Made by a program: the position numbers and the translations under genes. A model generated the notes under the pieces. That model saw only the letters and a program-made list of their open reading frames with translations. It was not told the origin of the DNA and did no database searches. Below, piece by piece: positions 13,521 to 23,960 of a stretch of 64,000 nt of DNA. The stretch covers positions 332,208-396,207 of the forward strand of contig CM082594.2 of assembly GCA_040954595.2 (NCBI GenBank). Direction: 5' to 3'. Within the stretch, counting starts at the first letter, position 1; each line of letters starts with the position of its first letter. Origin of the DNA: Balanoglossus misakiensis. Its lineage: Eukaryota; Animalia; Hemichordata.

Positions 13521-15733
13521 TATATCTCTTCAAGTCCAGCACAGTTTCATTTTATCACAGGAGCCATCCCAAGGAGAAAGGGGTCTTTATAAGGGTGGGG
13601 GATATTTATGACTATATGACCTGTTTCTGTTTGGGATCGCCCCCAGTACATTAGTCACTTTAGACTCAACTGTGTGCAGTGTTCAATTGTATGACTTTAT
13701 TCTTTTTGTATTTTAATATGAAATTTAAGATTTTACGTTCACGTGACATTGTTTGAGATTTATTCTCATAGACATTAAGGTCCACTATGTGTTACATTTG
13801 ACAAATTTTTCAGTACGTAATTTTGGTCTATTTATGCACCACGATTTCTGGTATGCATAATCAGCATTGTTATTGTTAACAATTGTATTCAAGTCAATTG
13901 AATGCATTTGTCAATAGTAACAATTCTGTACCAAAAATTACAGGTAGTTGCCCTTTAATTGTAAATGCTACATTTAGAACAGTGTAACACCAAACCTATT
14001 ATGATTTATTGAGAACACTTTATTCATTCAGAGATGAAATATTAATTTTTGTCAGTTTTAGTTTAGACCTACAATACCAAATTTTGCTTGGTATTGTTAA
14101 ACTTCCAACATTTTCTTTCTGTGAACCTGCTATTTTGTGTAACAGATTAGCATCTTAACTTGAAAGTAGGGTTTTCAAAGAGGCATGAATTTAGAAATAT
14201 AATTTTTTGTAAAGTTGGTGAATTACCTACGCTTTCCCAGAGTTTTTTCCCCTTATCCTGAAAAAAGGGTTTTATCTCTGGGTTTTGGTGCGGGGTAAAT
14301 TTTCAGTTTATATATCATTCAAGTTTAGAATAAAGTACATGAGCCGCTTCTCATGTAAAATTGACATGTATTGTGTGTGTGTATGCTTTTGGATGTGGTA
14401 GCCTGCAGGCCAGGTGGCATGGCCATGGTGACTACATGTGGAGTGGGTTGGGTCTTTGTATGTATGTGTTGAGAGTTAGGGGATTGTGTGTGTCAGTCAA
14501 CAGTACGTGTAGAGAAGGTATACGGTCACTTATGGAAATTTAGCTACAGTTACCACGTTAACTTGAGATCTAGCCAATCACGGATTTTCAGTGGGTGGCA
14601 CATGCGAAAAAAAGAGCGCCGCCATATGTTATTTAGAACCCGCAAATACTCTATTTCAGCCATATATGGGTGTATGTAAATTGGCGGTGACTGTATATCT
14701 TTAACTTGAAAATGGTAGCTTCTATCACAGTGATAGTTGATGTGTAGATGTGATGTGGTGGTAGAATGTGAACTTGTTGACATGAAATTGTGAATCAAAA
14801 TGGAGACCTAAAAGATGGGGAAATACATTAAAGCCTCTATAGCTGCCACTTTTTGCATTATTTTCACAATTTTATTTTACTGAGGTATATGTGAACACTT
14901 TACCGATGCCCGATTATGGCTGTATGTAGCGATTTGAAAATGCTATGTATTAAAACAGTTTAATCAGCCTCCATACAAACAGTACGCAGCTATCGTGGTA
15001 TGCATCACCAAGAGATGACAAACTGATGCAAATGCAAGTAATATGGCTTAATGGTGAGGATTTTAGAGGATAGGGAATATATTTGAAGTGTTTTACTGTG
15101 GAAGAAAATCCGTGAAATTTGGCAGCTCTAGGGGCTTTAAGCGGTTACCATCGACGCCAAGAAATGCTGAAAATCGCCCCTGATTTGCGTCTCTCTGGGG
15201 AATTTACGCCATAAATCGGTAGGATACATATTCATGGTGGAATTTGTATGCATTGTGAAGGATTTTGTGGTCGAAAACTTCGGAAAATCATGCATTCTCG
15301 GGAGCGTGTGTCCGCGTGTTGCCTCCTTCAGAGTCAATTACACAATGAACGCCGCCATTTGGCTACCCCTATTTATAGGGGTATAAATAAGGGTAGCAAC
15401 AACAATCCTGGATATAACAACAGGATATAACAACAGGTGAAACAAACTGAACGCAGTTGTTGATAACATGCAGATTGAGCTGTCTCAAATCTTAGGGAGC
15501 ATTCGTTTTTTACAGGGAGGGGGGGGGGGGCGGTGAAATTTGAGTCGCCGACTAAATGTAAAAGGCAACCCCCCCCTCGAAATTACTTTTCTAAAATGTG
15601 CCCCCCCCCCCTAAATTCTTCAACTGTAAAATGTGACCCCCCCCCAAAAAAAAGTTTATCCACCGGATTAAACTTATCAAACTTTGTCAGATATTGGTGT
15701 ATGTTCGACATACCACATAATCAACCATGAAAC

Positions 15734-16862
15734 CTAGTCTACATAGTTCCTTGATTTCCAAGTAGTGCATTGTCTGCCTGATCTTGTTAGGCTGCATTCA
15801 CAAACGCCTCTGGAGGGGGGGGGGGACGGGAGAATTCAATTTTTTTACCGCTAATTTTCAAATCCCCCCTTCCGAACTGCCAAAATTTTGAAATCCCCCC
15901 CCCACCCATTTTCTTTCACAGAGCAAAACACATCACCTATCTATCTTGTAGAAAAAAGAAAAAACAGCGCTCCCATGAAAAGAATTTGAAACTGATGTAC
16001 CCCCTCACTGAACATTGTTTTTATTTTTAAGTATTTGTATTCTGTGTTGGGAGACATTGTAAACCGAGAATTGAAGGGAGTGGGATTGGGAGGGGGTATC
16101 CCCCTCCCACGTAAGAAAATTTTATAAAATACAGAGCTCAAAGCTGCATTTTAATGAACCCGGCAAAAGCAAATTAACTCAACTACCGGTATGTTGGGGA
16201 GGAGAAATTTAACCGTCGCCGCTCAAAGTTATCATTGGGTGGGGGCAAGACCCCTGACCTGGGACACTAGATAAACCAGTCAATGATTGAAAGGTGCTGA
16301 TGAATGGAGGGGGTGGGTAAAATAAAGGGCGCGAAACTGCATTTTTATGGACTCAAAATAAATATTTTGTCGTCAAAGTTTTCAAGTCCCCCCCTTTCAG
16401 TCCCTAAATTATTTCAAATCCCCCCTTACATACCCTCATTTTTTTCAAATCCCCCCCCTCAATTCTCCTGCCCCCCCCCCCCTCCAGAGGTGTTTGTGAA
16501 TGCAGCCTTACGTGAAAGAGTTCACTTTCAATGTCGCCGCTATCACTTTCTGAGTCACTTTCCTCTGAATCACCTAGTTCACCTATCACTTCATGCTCAT
16601 CTTCTGGTTCACTGTCCTCATCCAAGTCATCCTCTTCATCCTCCTGCTCATCCTCCTCTTTGTCCCTCTCATGGTTTACTCTGAGACTTTCCAGAGTTGT
16701 TTGACACAGTTTCCGGCCAATGTGCGCTTCAACTATTTTCAGTTTGTCTTTTTTTCAGCATCTTTTTCTCTGTTGTCAATTTATGTATGTTCATGTACAT
16801 GTCTAGGTCAAAAACTTTCAGCTCACATAGTTCACTGTTTCTGTATATTGCCATGATACAGC
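15734..16862 (-). pseudogene. Terminal coding exon remnant inside the transposon: SAP-like helix, acidic tract and TRSGR tail, split by a nested MITE
   Basis: Acceptor ATTTTCAG ends at 16863. Reconstructed by correcting one frameshift in an A-run and removing 15790-16510: CIMAIYRNSELCELKVFDLDMYMNIHKLTTEKKMLKK/DKLKIVEAHIGRKLCQTTLESLRVNHERDKEEDEQEDEEDDLDEDSEPEDEHEVIGELGDSEESDSESDSGDIESELFHV|TRSGRQCTTWKSRNYVD*. Confidence 0.65.
15790..16507. mobile_element. Nested MITE with TTA target duplication
   Basis: TIR GGCTGCATTCACAAAC(G/A)CCTCTGGAG(G)n..GGAGAATT. TTA at 15787-15789 and 16508-16510. Excision restores the host reading frame. Confidence 0.92.
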
Positions 16863-18483
16863 CTGAAAATGTTATTTTTGTGATCAAAAGTGTACTTGTT
16901 GTCACCTGATCACACAGAATAAAGACATGTTCGTATTCTATTTTATATACTTTACGGTCAATTCTGTTGTTTTTTGCTATAATTCCATACAAATCTGTTG
17001 TAAAAATTGTCCCCCCCCCAAACCATTGATTATAAAATTTGTCCCCCCCTAAAAACTGCTTTGTAAAAGTAAACCCCCCCCCCCTGATTTCCACCGCCCC
17101 CCCCCCCTCCCTGTAAAAAACGAATGCTCCCTTACCAATCAGAAACAGCCTTCCAAGACTGCGTAGCGCTCTTGTAAAGTTATTTTTGATTGTTCAAATT
17201 CTTTACCATGTCACTGCTGGCATACAACAATTCATATGACCCAGCAACTTTGTATAGATGCACTGACATCAATGATATGCCTTCCAAAGCGCCACACATA
17301 GTGTAATTACACATGTTTCATGCTACTGACACGCTCTACCTTTTACCAGGTTCATACACGAAAAAAATTGAGAGGCTATTTGCCTATGGTAAACACAGAG
17401 CATTAATCGTTTGAGTCGCCTTGTGTTCACACACACAAAGTTTATGTATATGCGCTGAGGCTCAGTCCCAAAGACAATGGATTGCAGAGAGGTTTTAATC
17501 CTTACACCGGATCAGGTCTGACGGGCAAAGCCGTCTCAAATCTAAGCCGTTTCAGAACCACTATACACCGTCCACACATGTTTTTTAAGACAGTATGTGA
17601 TCTGAGACGTTTCAGAACCGTCTTAATGGTGTGTGTGACCCCCATATTAGACAACTTAGACAATATTATCCGAAAATAAATATTAGACAAAATCATCCGA
17701 TAATAAATATTAGCTCAGTCTATGTCCTGGCGCATTTCATCAGGACAATAAAATACATAACAAAAGCCCTCACTACGCACCCACTCGACTTTTTGCCGGT
17801 AAAGCAACTTTTACATGCAGGAGAATTCCACTGGATGAAAATCTGTAACATTTAGCTTTATTTTCAGTATTTTAATTTTGTGTAAAAATTGCAATTTCTT
17901 GTTTTACTCCAAACATCACTTTAATATACATGTAGTACCAAATCATTAACATTGCCTGTGTATGTGTAACGGCCATTGTTATCACTGTTGACAAATGAAT
18001 TCTAGTTCGGACATGAATTTAAATTTTACACAATAATAATACTGAATATGCACATACATGAAGTGTTGATAAGCTAAACTCTGGAAATTTTGTCATGTTT
18101 CTGGAGTTTATACTAGAAACCGCAGCAGATACACAGAGCAATATTACTGAAAACATAGTGAAAAGTTGGAGCTAATGGAGCAGACAGCGTATTGTTCAGT
18201 GCTTGCGTGCCTTTGACTAAGATTATTATTATGTAAATATCACCAACATGTTTTTCATGAATTTCTAGAAATATAGAAATAAATACACTTGACTTATTTT
18301 GTCATTTTTTCCTTGCAAACTCCATTGTCATTGAATGTACGTACATGCGTAAACACACCACTGCTTTAAAACAAAAAGGTGATGGGTTTCGTATTTATTG
18401 CGTTGTATTCAATTGAACGGACATTTTTTTGGGTGGGGGCGGGGAGGTTCATTATTTCACAGCTTTCCCGAATAGACTTCTTA

Positions 18484-18502
18484 GTGCGCCCTCTTGTGGT
18501 GA
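18484..18502 (-). promoter_or_regulatory. CTCF-like motif (probably within a transposon fragment)
   Basis: Minus strand TCACCACAAGAGGGCGCAC resembles the CCAC-AG-GGGCGC core. Motif match only. Confidence 0.3.
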
Positions 18503-18801
18503 CGTGTCTTCTGATAATCGGCCAGATAAAACAAATCATTGAAGTGTACCATCACTCTCATCACAAAATCCGCCATCGTTCCCGTTTTTAGATAAACATT
18601 CACTGTTTCGCCCTTTGGTGAAACACGTTAGGAAAATGTATTTTGAGAATAGTATTTCCCTTTCGACATTGATACATTTTGTCAACTGATTGGACCGAGT
18701 AAATTGTTTGAAACGTAGGGCCCTATGGAGTGTTCGGATTTTAACTTCCTTCAGACCCAAGCCCCAGAGAGGAAGAAAAGCGCACGTTCTCATGTATGAC
18801 A

Positions 18802-19253
18802 CTATAATATACCTCATGCTAATACTGTGTTGCGATTCGCCAGAATCGGTCTCGTGATAGGAAAATAGAATCGACTATGAACCGCTAGGGAAATAGCAGA
18901 AAAAATATAAACCGGTCACGTGACCAGCGTGAGTGCGCAGACTCGGTTACGTCAATCAGCGTCGCGTCGTCTGACACAATGGCCACCGCGGAAGATGTCG
19001 TCTGCCAACCTCAAGAGAAGATTTTCCCAGCTGTTAGCATGACGTTTATTATAAAACACCTATAGCCTGGCCTATATTCGGGCCATAGCAGCCGTTTTTA
19101 CCCCCTCGTAACTGTGAGTTACCAGAATCATATGCTATTTCCCTCGGCCTGCGGCCTCGGGAAATAGCATGTGATTCTGGTAACTCACAGCCCCTCGGGT
19201 GTAATAAACGGCCGCTATGGCCCTCATGACAAGGCAATAGGTGTTCATTATAA
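18802..19253. mobile_element. Palindromic non-autonomous element, Crypton-like architecture
   Basis: Long imperfect hairpin 19049-19253. Its core CTGTGAGTTACCAGAATCATATGCTATTTCCC / GGGAAATAGCATGTGATTCTGGTAACTCACAG flanks a GGCCTGCGGCC centre. TATAA(T/A)A(T/C)ACCT-type terminal motifs occur at about 18803, 19050 and (inverted) 19239. Confidence 0.6.
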
Positions 19254-20162
19254 CACTGTCCACTTTTTATCACCCGTGGGAAGGTTAGGCCTACATCAGC
19301 CACGTTGAGCAAGTCGGATATCCAAAGACCAGACAAGCCGCATATAACAACAGCATTGCTTTACTTTTTTCAAGCTAGGCCACCACCCTATATGCAGTAA
19401 AACAGGCATAGGCAGTAACATTCTCTATCAATCGATTACTCAGATTTTACAGAGGAAAAAACGTTCACAAAAACAAATAAAAATCAACTTGAATTTGTAT
19501 TTCCAACTTCTTGCACCACGCAAACATAGCCCGACCCATATGAAAACGAAATGTGTTTATTTTATGAGGCCCAATTATTTATGCCTAAATTGTTCATGAT
19601 GTACGCTATAAGCTACAAGCGATGGAAGTTCACTTCAAACCGACCGCCATAATATGACGTACGGCAAGGAAATACCGCCCCAACGCTACGTAAAAAGTAT
19701 CAGTTATACTAGTACTTTGTTTATTCACAGTTTCGAGTACCACGGGTTTAACGGTTTTGGACAGCGTAATCTTTTCCGACTAGCTTCCAAATAAACTGAT
19801 AAACTAAATCCAAGAGTTCGTGTCGACCTGAAAATTTCCGGACCCGGTGAAGAAAAAAGATGGAAACTTTTTTAAGATAAAAAAGGTGGACTGCGGAGGT
19901 CTTTCACGAAACTTAGACTCTTATCACAGGGCGCGGCTAGTGATATTTTGCGAAACAGTGAAACGGCGAAACAGCTTTAATAAAGTAGTCAGAAAAATTA
20001 ATCTACTGACGTAATATTCCCTTGGAATGCACGATTTTTGTGGGGGGGGGATCGTGAAATTGCCGGGAATTGCCGGGGATCGCCCACTTGAAACATCAGC
20101 ATGGGTCGATTATGTTAGATCTCAATGTTAGTGTTCTAAACTCGCTGTGGTTTTCCTGGGCC

Positions 20163-20362
20163 CAGTGATTTATTCAGGGATTTGATACAAAAAGTTGTCG
20201 GTCAGCCATTTTTCTTCTTCTGCCTTTCTCTTACCCTTACTAAGCTTGAGTGTTCCGGTTAGAATCATATCGGTAAGAGAAAGACAGAAGAGCTGACATA
20301 CAACAAACTTATTCAGTTTCTATCATATAAATATTTCTCCACTTTCTCTGAATAAATCGCTG
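20163..20362. mobile_element. Old MITE with CAG termini (hAT-like)
   Basis: CAGTGATTTATTCAGGGA / TCTCTGAATAAATCGCTG inverted repeats (2 mismatches). Flanks TCCTGGGCC and TGCTGGGAC look like a decayed target duplication. Confidence 0.45.
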
Positions 20363-20520
20363 TGCTGGGACATGTTTTAAAAATCATGTAGGCCTACACT
20401 ATTCATGCCAATAAACTGCTACATATACATATTCCGTTCCGTCTGTTCCGCAAATTTATAGTGTAAGTCGCGCGCACACACGACTCTACCACTAGTAGCC
20501 TACCAAGTGACCAGTGCAAC

Positions 20521-20880
20521 TACTACACCAATCTCATAGAAGAAAATTCCAAAAATCAGAAATCTTTATTCCGGACAATTTCAACATTGTTCAGCAACTC
20601 AAGACAGCTTCCAAATCATACGTCAACTACGGAACATTTAGATCGGTTCAACCAGTATTTTATTCAGAAAATTGATGACATACGTCACCACAAGATCACC
20701 ACCAGTCAACCATCACATGTTCGTTTTGGAGTGCCACAGGGTTCAGTTCTTGGCCCACTATGGTAATGCATTACTGTATGGTCTACCAGAAAGCAGTCGG
20801 AACCTTCTACAACGCACACAAAATACAGCTGCAAGAATCATATCTCGGTCCAGGAAGTCTGCCAATATAACGCCAGTGTT
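20521..20880 (+). pseudogene. Internally deleted L2 LINE ORF2 remnant
   Basis: In frame YYTNLIEENSKNQKSLFRTISTLF...DRFNQYFIQKIDDIRH...FGVPQGSVLGP, then shifted YGNALLYGLPESSRNLLQRTQNTAARIISRSRKSANITPV. Confidence 0.85.
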
Positions 20881-21053
20881 TTTAGTAGTTTTATAATTTT
20901 ATTGGTATTTCAAAAATGTTGTCCTGTTTTTGTTTTTTTTTTGTCTTGGAAGTCCACAAACAGAATTTATTACATTTTCTCAGTGTGAATCTCATTAGAA
21001 CGACTTGAAAGTCCACAACAAAACATGTTTTTCCACTGAAATGAGCAGGGTCT

Positions 21054-21160
21054 AGCATGGCTGTGGAAACGCGGCTGCACCGTTGGAGGTTGGGATATAC
21101 TGTTGTACCACCCCCACCCATATCCTAACCCCCAATGGTGCAGCTGCGTTTACAAAGCTA
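21054..21160. mobile_element. Short hairpin MITE
   Basis: Inverted arms AAACGCGGCTGCACCGTTGGAGGTTGGGATAT / ATATCCTAACCCCCAATGGTGCAGCTGCGTTT. Confidence 0.55.
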
Positions 21161-22549
21161 GGTCTAGCAGCCTACCTCCAGGTTCAGACAATATCTCCGA
21201 CCTGAGGTGAAGCAGGTTACAGAATTTGCGCCACCAACGGCAGTTTCATATTTCCACCAACTATTGATATATACTGGTATGAGTGCAACCAACTTGATTC
21301 AATTAGTCTGTTGCCGCCCCCCCCCCACTTTTTGAACACTGTTGACAATACACTCATGAAAGGGGTGAGGTATGGGCCCATAATGTGTTTTGCATTGCTG
21401 TGAATGGAATTTTGTATCGAATGACATTGGCATTTATCCCCAAATCATTTACTATTTTGTCCATTGCCAACAGATGCCCGCGTTCACAGTTTTGAGAATT
21501 TTTACCTCCTGCAATATATATTTTGCCGAATTTGAGAGCAATCTCTGTTGCGAGGCAGTTGCATGAAACCTTCTCCCGTCTGAACTAGATGCCAATAAGA
21601 GAGGGTTTTTAGTCACAATGGTCACTTCTGACAAAAGGTTCTATTTGTCTGGAAATGAGTTTACAGTGGCAATTCACTAAAATCTCAGTGAGCATAACTG
21701 CAGTTATAGAATTTTAACCAAGCGTATGTTTTCATATCAATGAAAAATACCAGAATGTAAAGGTCATGAGATGGTCACGAAAATGACATAATTGTTCAAG
21801 ACTAGAGGATAGCAATGTAAAAAGACAATGCGCCATGGAGTATATTAGTAAGTAACTATTTATTTATTTAAAACAAACCAAGCTTAGTTTTACCAGTTTT
21901 AATTTGAGGAAACAAATATTTTGTAAAAAGATGAACAAATATTTTTCTGACATCACTATTGTCGACAAGCCTCTTGCTTTTCACATCCCTCCAGTTCCAA
22001 TCCAAGATCACATAGCCAAGTGTGACAGGGCGATCAACGTATAGGCCTTAGTATCATTCTAAGAGGGTTAGCAGCTTTCATTATGATGGGGCATGTGATT
22101 CAGGTCCCCCCCCATCTACCTTAGCTGAGCTTTGGATCGCTTCGCCAAAGTTTATATGACAAGGGTGTTAGACCATTCCTTTAACATTAGGCTAGCTATA
22201 TCGTTTATATGCCTTAATGAATGAATTAATATGACTGACTGACGAACTGACTGACTGACTGACTGAATGAATGAATCAATCAATCAATCACCCGACATGG
22301 CCTGGAAGGATTCACCCCCTGTTGAGATGTTGGCACCCCCTAGCAAATTGTCATGGGTGGGGTGGTCAGTGGCCCTTAAAATGATGTCACTCACATGATA
22401 GAGATATTAATTACATAACTCTTTTCCAGAGTGTGCTCTATTTACACTCTGCACTATATTCAGGTACATGTGTAATGATATTTCAATTACTTTTGGAATC
22501 ACAGGACAGTAGAAAGGTTGATTGAACAAAGGATTTGAAATTCACTCAC

Positions 22550-22618
22550 CATGTATTGGAACAGCTCTTACAGACATCACATCATCATTCAACGCTAAAT
22601 CTTCGTAACTGTTACATA
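22550..22618 (-). CDS. ELAC2: ELAC2/tRNase ZL-like internal exon (69 nt, phase 1-1)
   Basis: Acceptor ATTAACAG and donor GTGAGT. Reads xCNSYEDLALNDDVMSVRAVPIH, versus human [23 protein letters not shown] (recalled from memory). Lies ~850 bp downstream of the better-matching exon. Confidence 0.6.
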
Positions 22619-23465
22619 CTGTTAATATAAATATAATTACTTTTCTTTAAATATCATCCAAATATTACAATGTTTCTAGCAATTTCATAAACTGCATTAA
22701 TATAATACTGTGTGTATGATATATACTTTGTGGATAGGATACAGATCTTTGCTTATTACCAAGAATATAACACCATGTGTTTGGATTTTAAATGCAGTTC
22801 GGAGCTGACTGTGTTGCATTTTGACTGCAAAATTAAAATATTTAGTTACATTTCCTTGCATTTAGTGTTGAAAATGTCACTTTTAGCTTTAAAATGAGCA
22901 CTGATATCTATGGAACTAGGAGAATCGTGCTTTCTATTCTACAACAAACAATATTTACATTTAATCAAACAACAGGAGGATATTTGACAGTCAATCAATA
23001 AATATAACACACATATGAGTTGCATGTACAAAACTAGACACATGTATGTATGTGATATTTAAAGAGACATTAACTGTAACACATGCTCTACCCAGAACTC
23101 CACTTGTCAACATAACCTGTATGTGTGTAACGGCTATTGAAATGAATTCTAGTCCAGACTTGACTTCAAATTTAGAATAACAATACTGACTAGACACACC
23201 TATATTTCATCATGATTCAGGGATTTGAACAAGACACTGCAGTAAATACTTAAAACAAAAATACTGAAAACAAAGTGAAAAGTTACAGCTTATGAAGCTT
23301 GAAATATGTTCAGACACAAGTAGAACAGGCAATGAAAACACATTATAAACATTGGGAAAAACACCCAAAGTTACATGTACTACCGGTATCTCTTTAGTGA
23401 CAAAGATGCAACTAAACTAGCATGTATTGTACAACCAATAGTGAAAAGAGTTGAAATGTACATAC

Positions 23466-23533
23466 CAATCTAGGTGGTCCATAGTAGGTCACTTTCTTTG
23501 CTGTGCCTATGTCTCTCAGTGTCAGTGTTAAAC
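23466..23533 (-). CDS. ELAC2: ELAC2/tRNase ZL-like internal exon (68 nt, phase 1-0)
   Basis: Acceptor TTTGTCTTATGACAG and donor GTATGT. Reads (G)LTLTLRDIGTAKKVTYYGPPRL, versus human [22 protein letters not shown] and fly GLTLTIQDAG...HGPPHL (recalled from memory). Confidence 0.72.
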
Positions 23534-23657
23534 CTGTCATAAGACAAACCAAATGATTTATATACATGAATATTCAAATGATGTATTCCTTGGCTGTATT
23601 GACAAACACACTGTCTACATTCTTGAATACTAGTGTGTTACGTATTGACAGCCAAGA

Positions 23658-23960
23658 TTATACACATGATGACTGACAATGAGGGCAACATTGTATTTTT
23701 GATGATCGAGGGCGCTGCTAGTCACAACTAAAACAGACTGTTTTGGTGTGACTTGCAGTCCTGAGGTCATCAAAAATACACTGTTGCCCGAATATGTCAG
23801 TCATCATGTGTTGTATAACACACCAAAAACGTAATTATATCAAGACGGGGCAACAGTACTGGGCAGAAACCGATCGAACTGATGCCCTAGGGAACAGTTC
23901 GAAATGACTTAGGTCACATGACGAATCACGATCGAGGGTTCGCTGCATGGTGTGTTATAA
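23658..23960. mobile_element. Second palindromic non-autonomous element, Crypton-like architecture
   Basis: Hairpin 23658-23818 (CACATGATGACTGACA...GGGCAACA..GTATTTTTGATGA / TCATCAAAAATAC..TGTTGCCC...TGTCAGTCATCATGTG). It is followed by a segment bounded by the inverted TATAACACACC / GGTGTGTTATA. Confidence 0.6.

Larger units (their letters stand above)
15495..17131 (-). mobile_element. Non-autonomous DNA transposon with TTA target duplication (Zator or PIF/Harbinger type)
   Basis: TIR GGGAGCATTCGTTTTTTACAGGGAG(G)nCGGTG(G)AAAT at both ends. TTA at 15492-15494 and 17132-17134. Confidence 0.9.

Noticed and set aside
13774-13958. Possible TTAA-flanked Kolobok-type MITE
   Set aside because: The terminal inverted repeats are too degenerate to support by eye.
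21452-21510. Minus-strand exon-like segment (GKNSQNCERGHLLAMDKI) downstream of the ELAC2-like exons
   Set aside because: It is phase-compatible but has a weak donor and no recognisable similarity to ELAC2.
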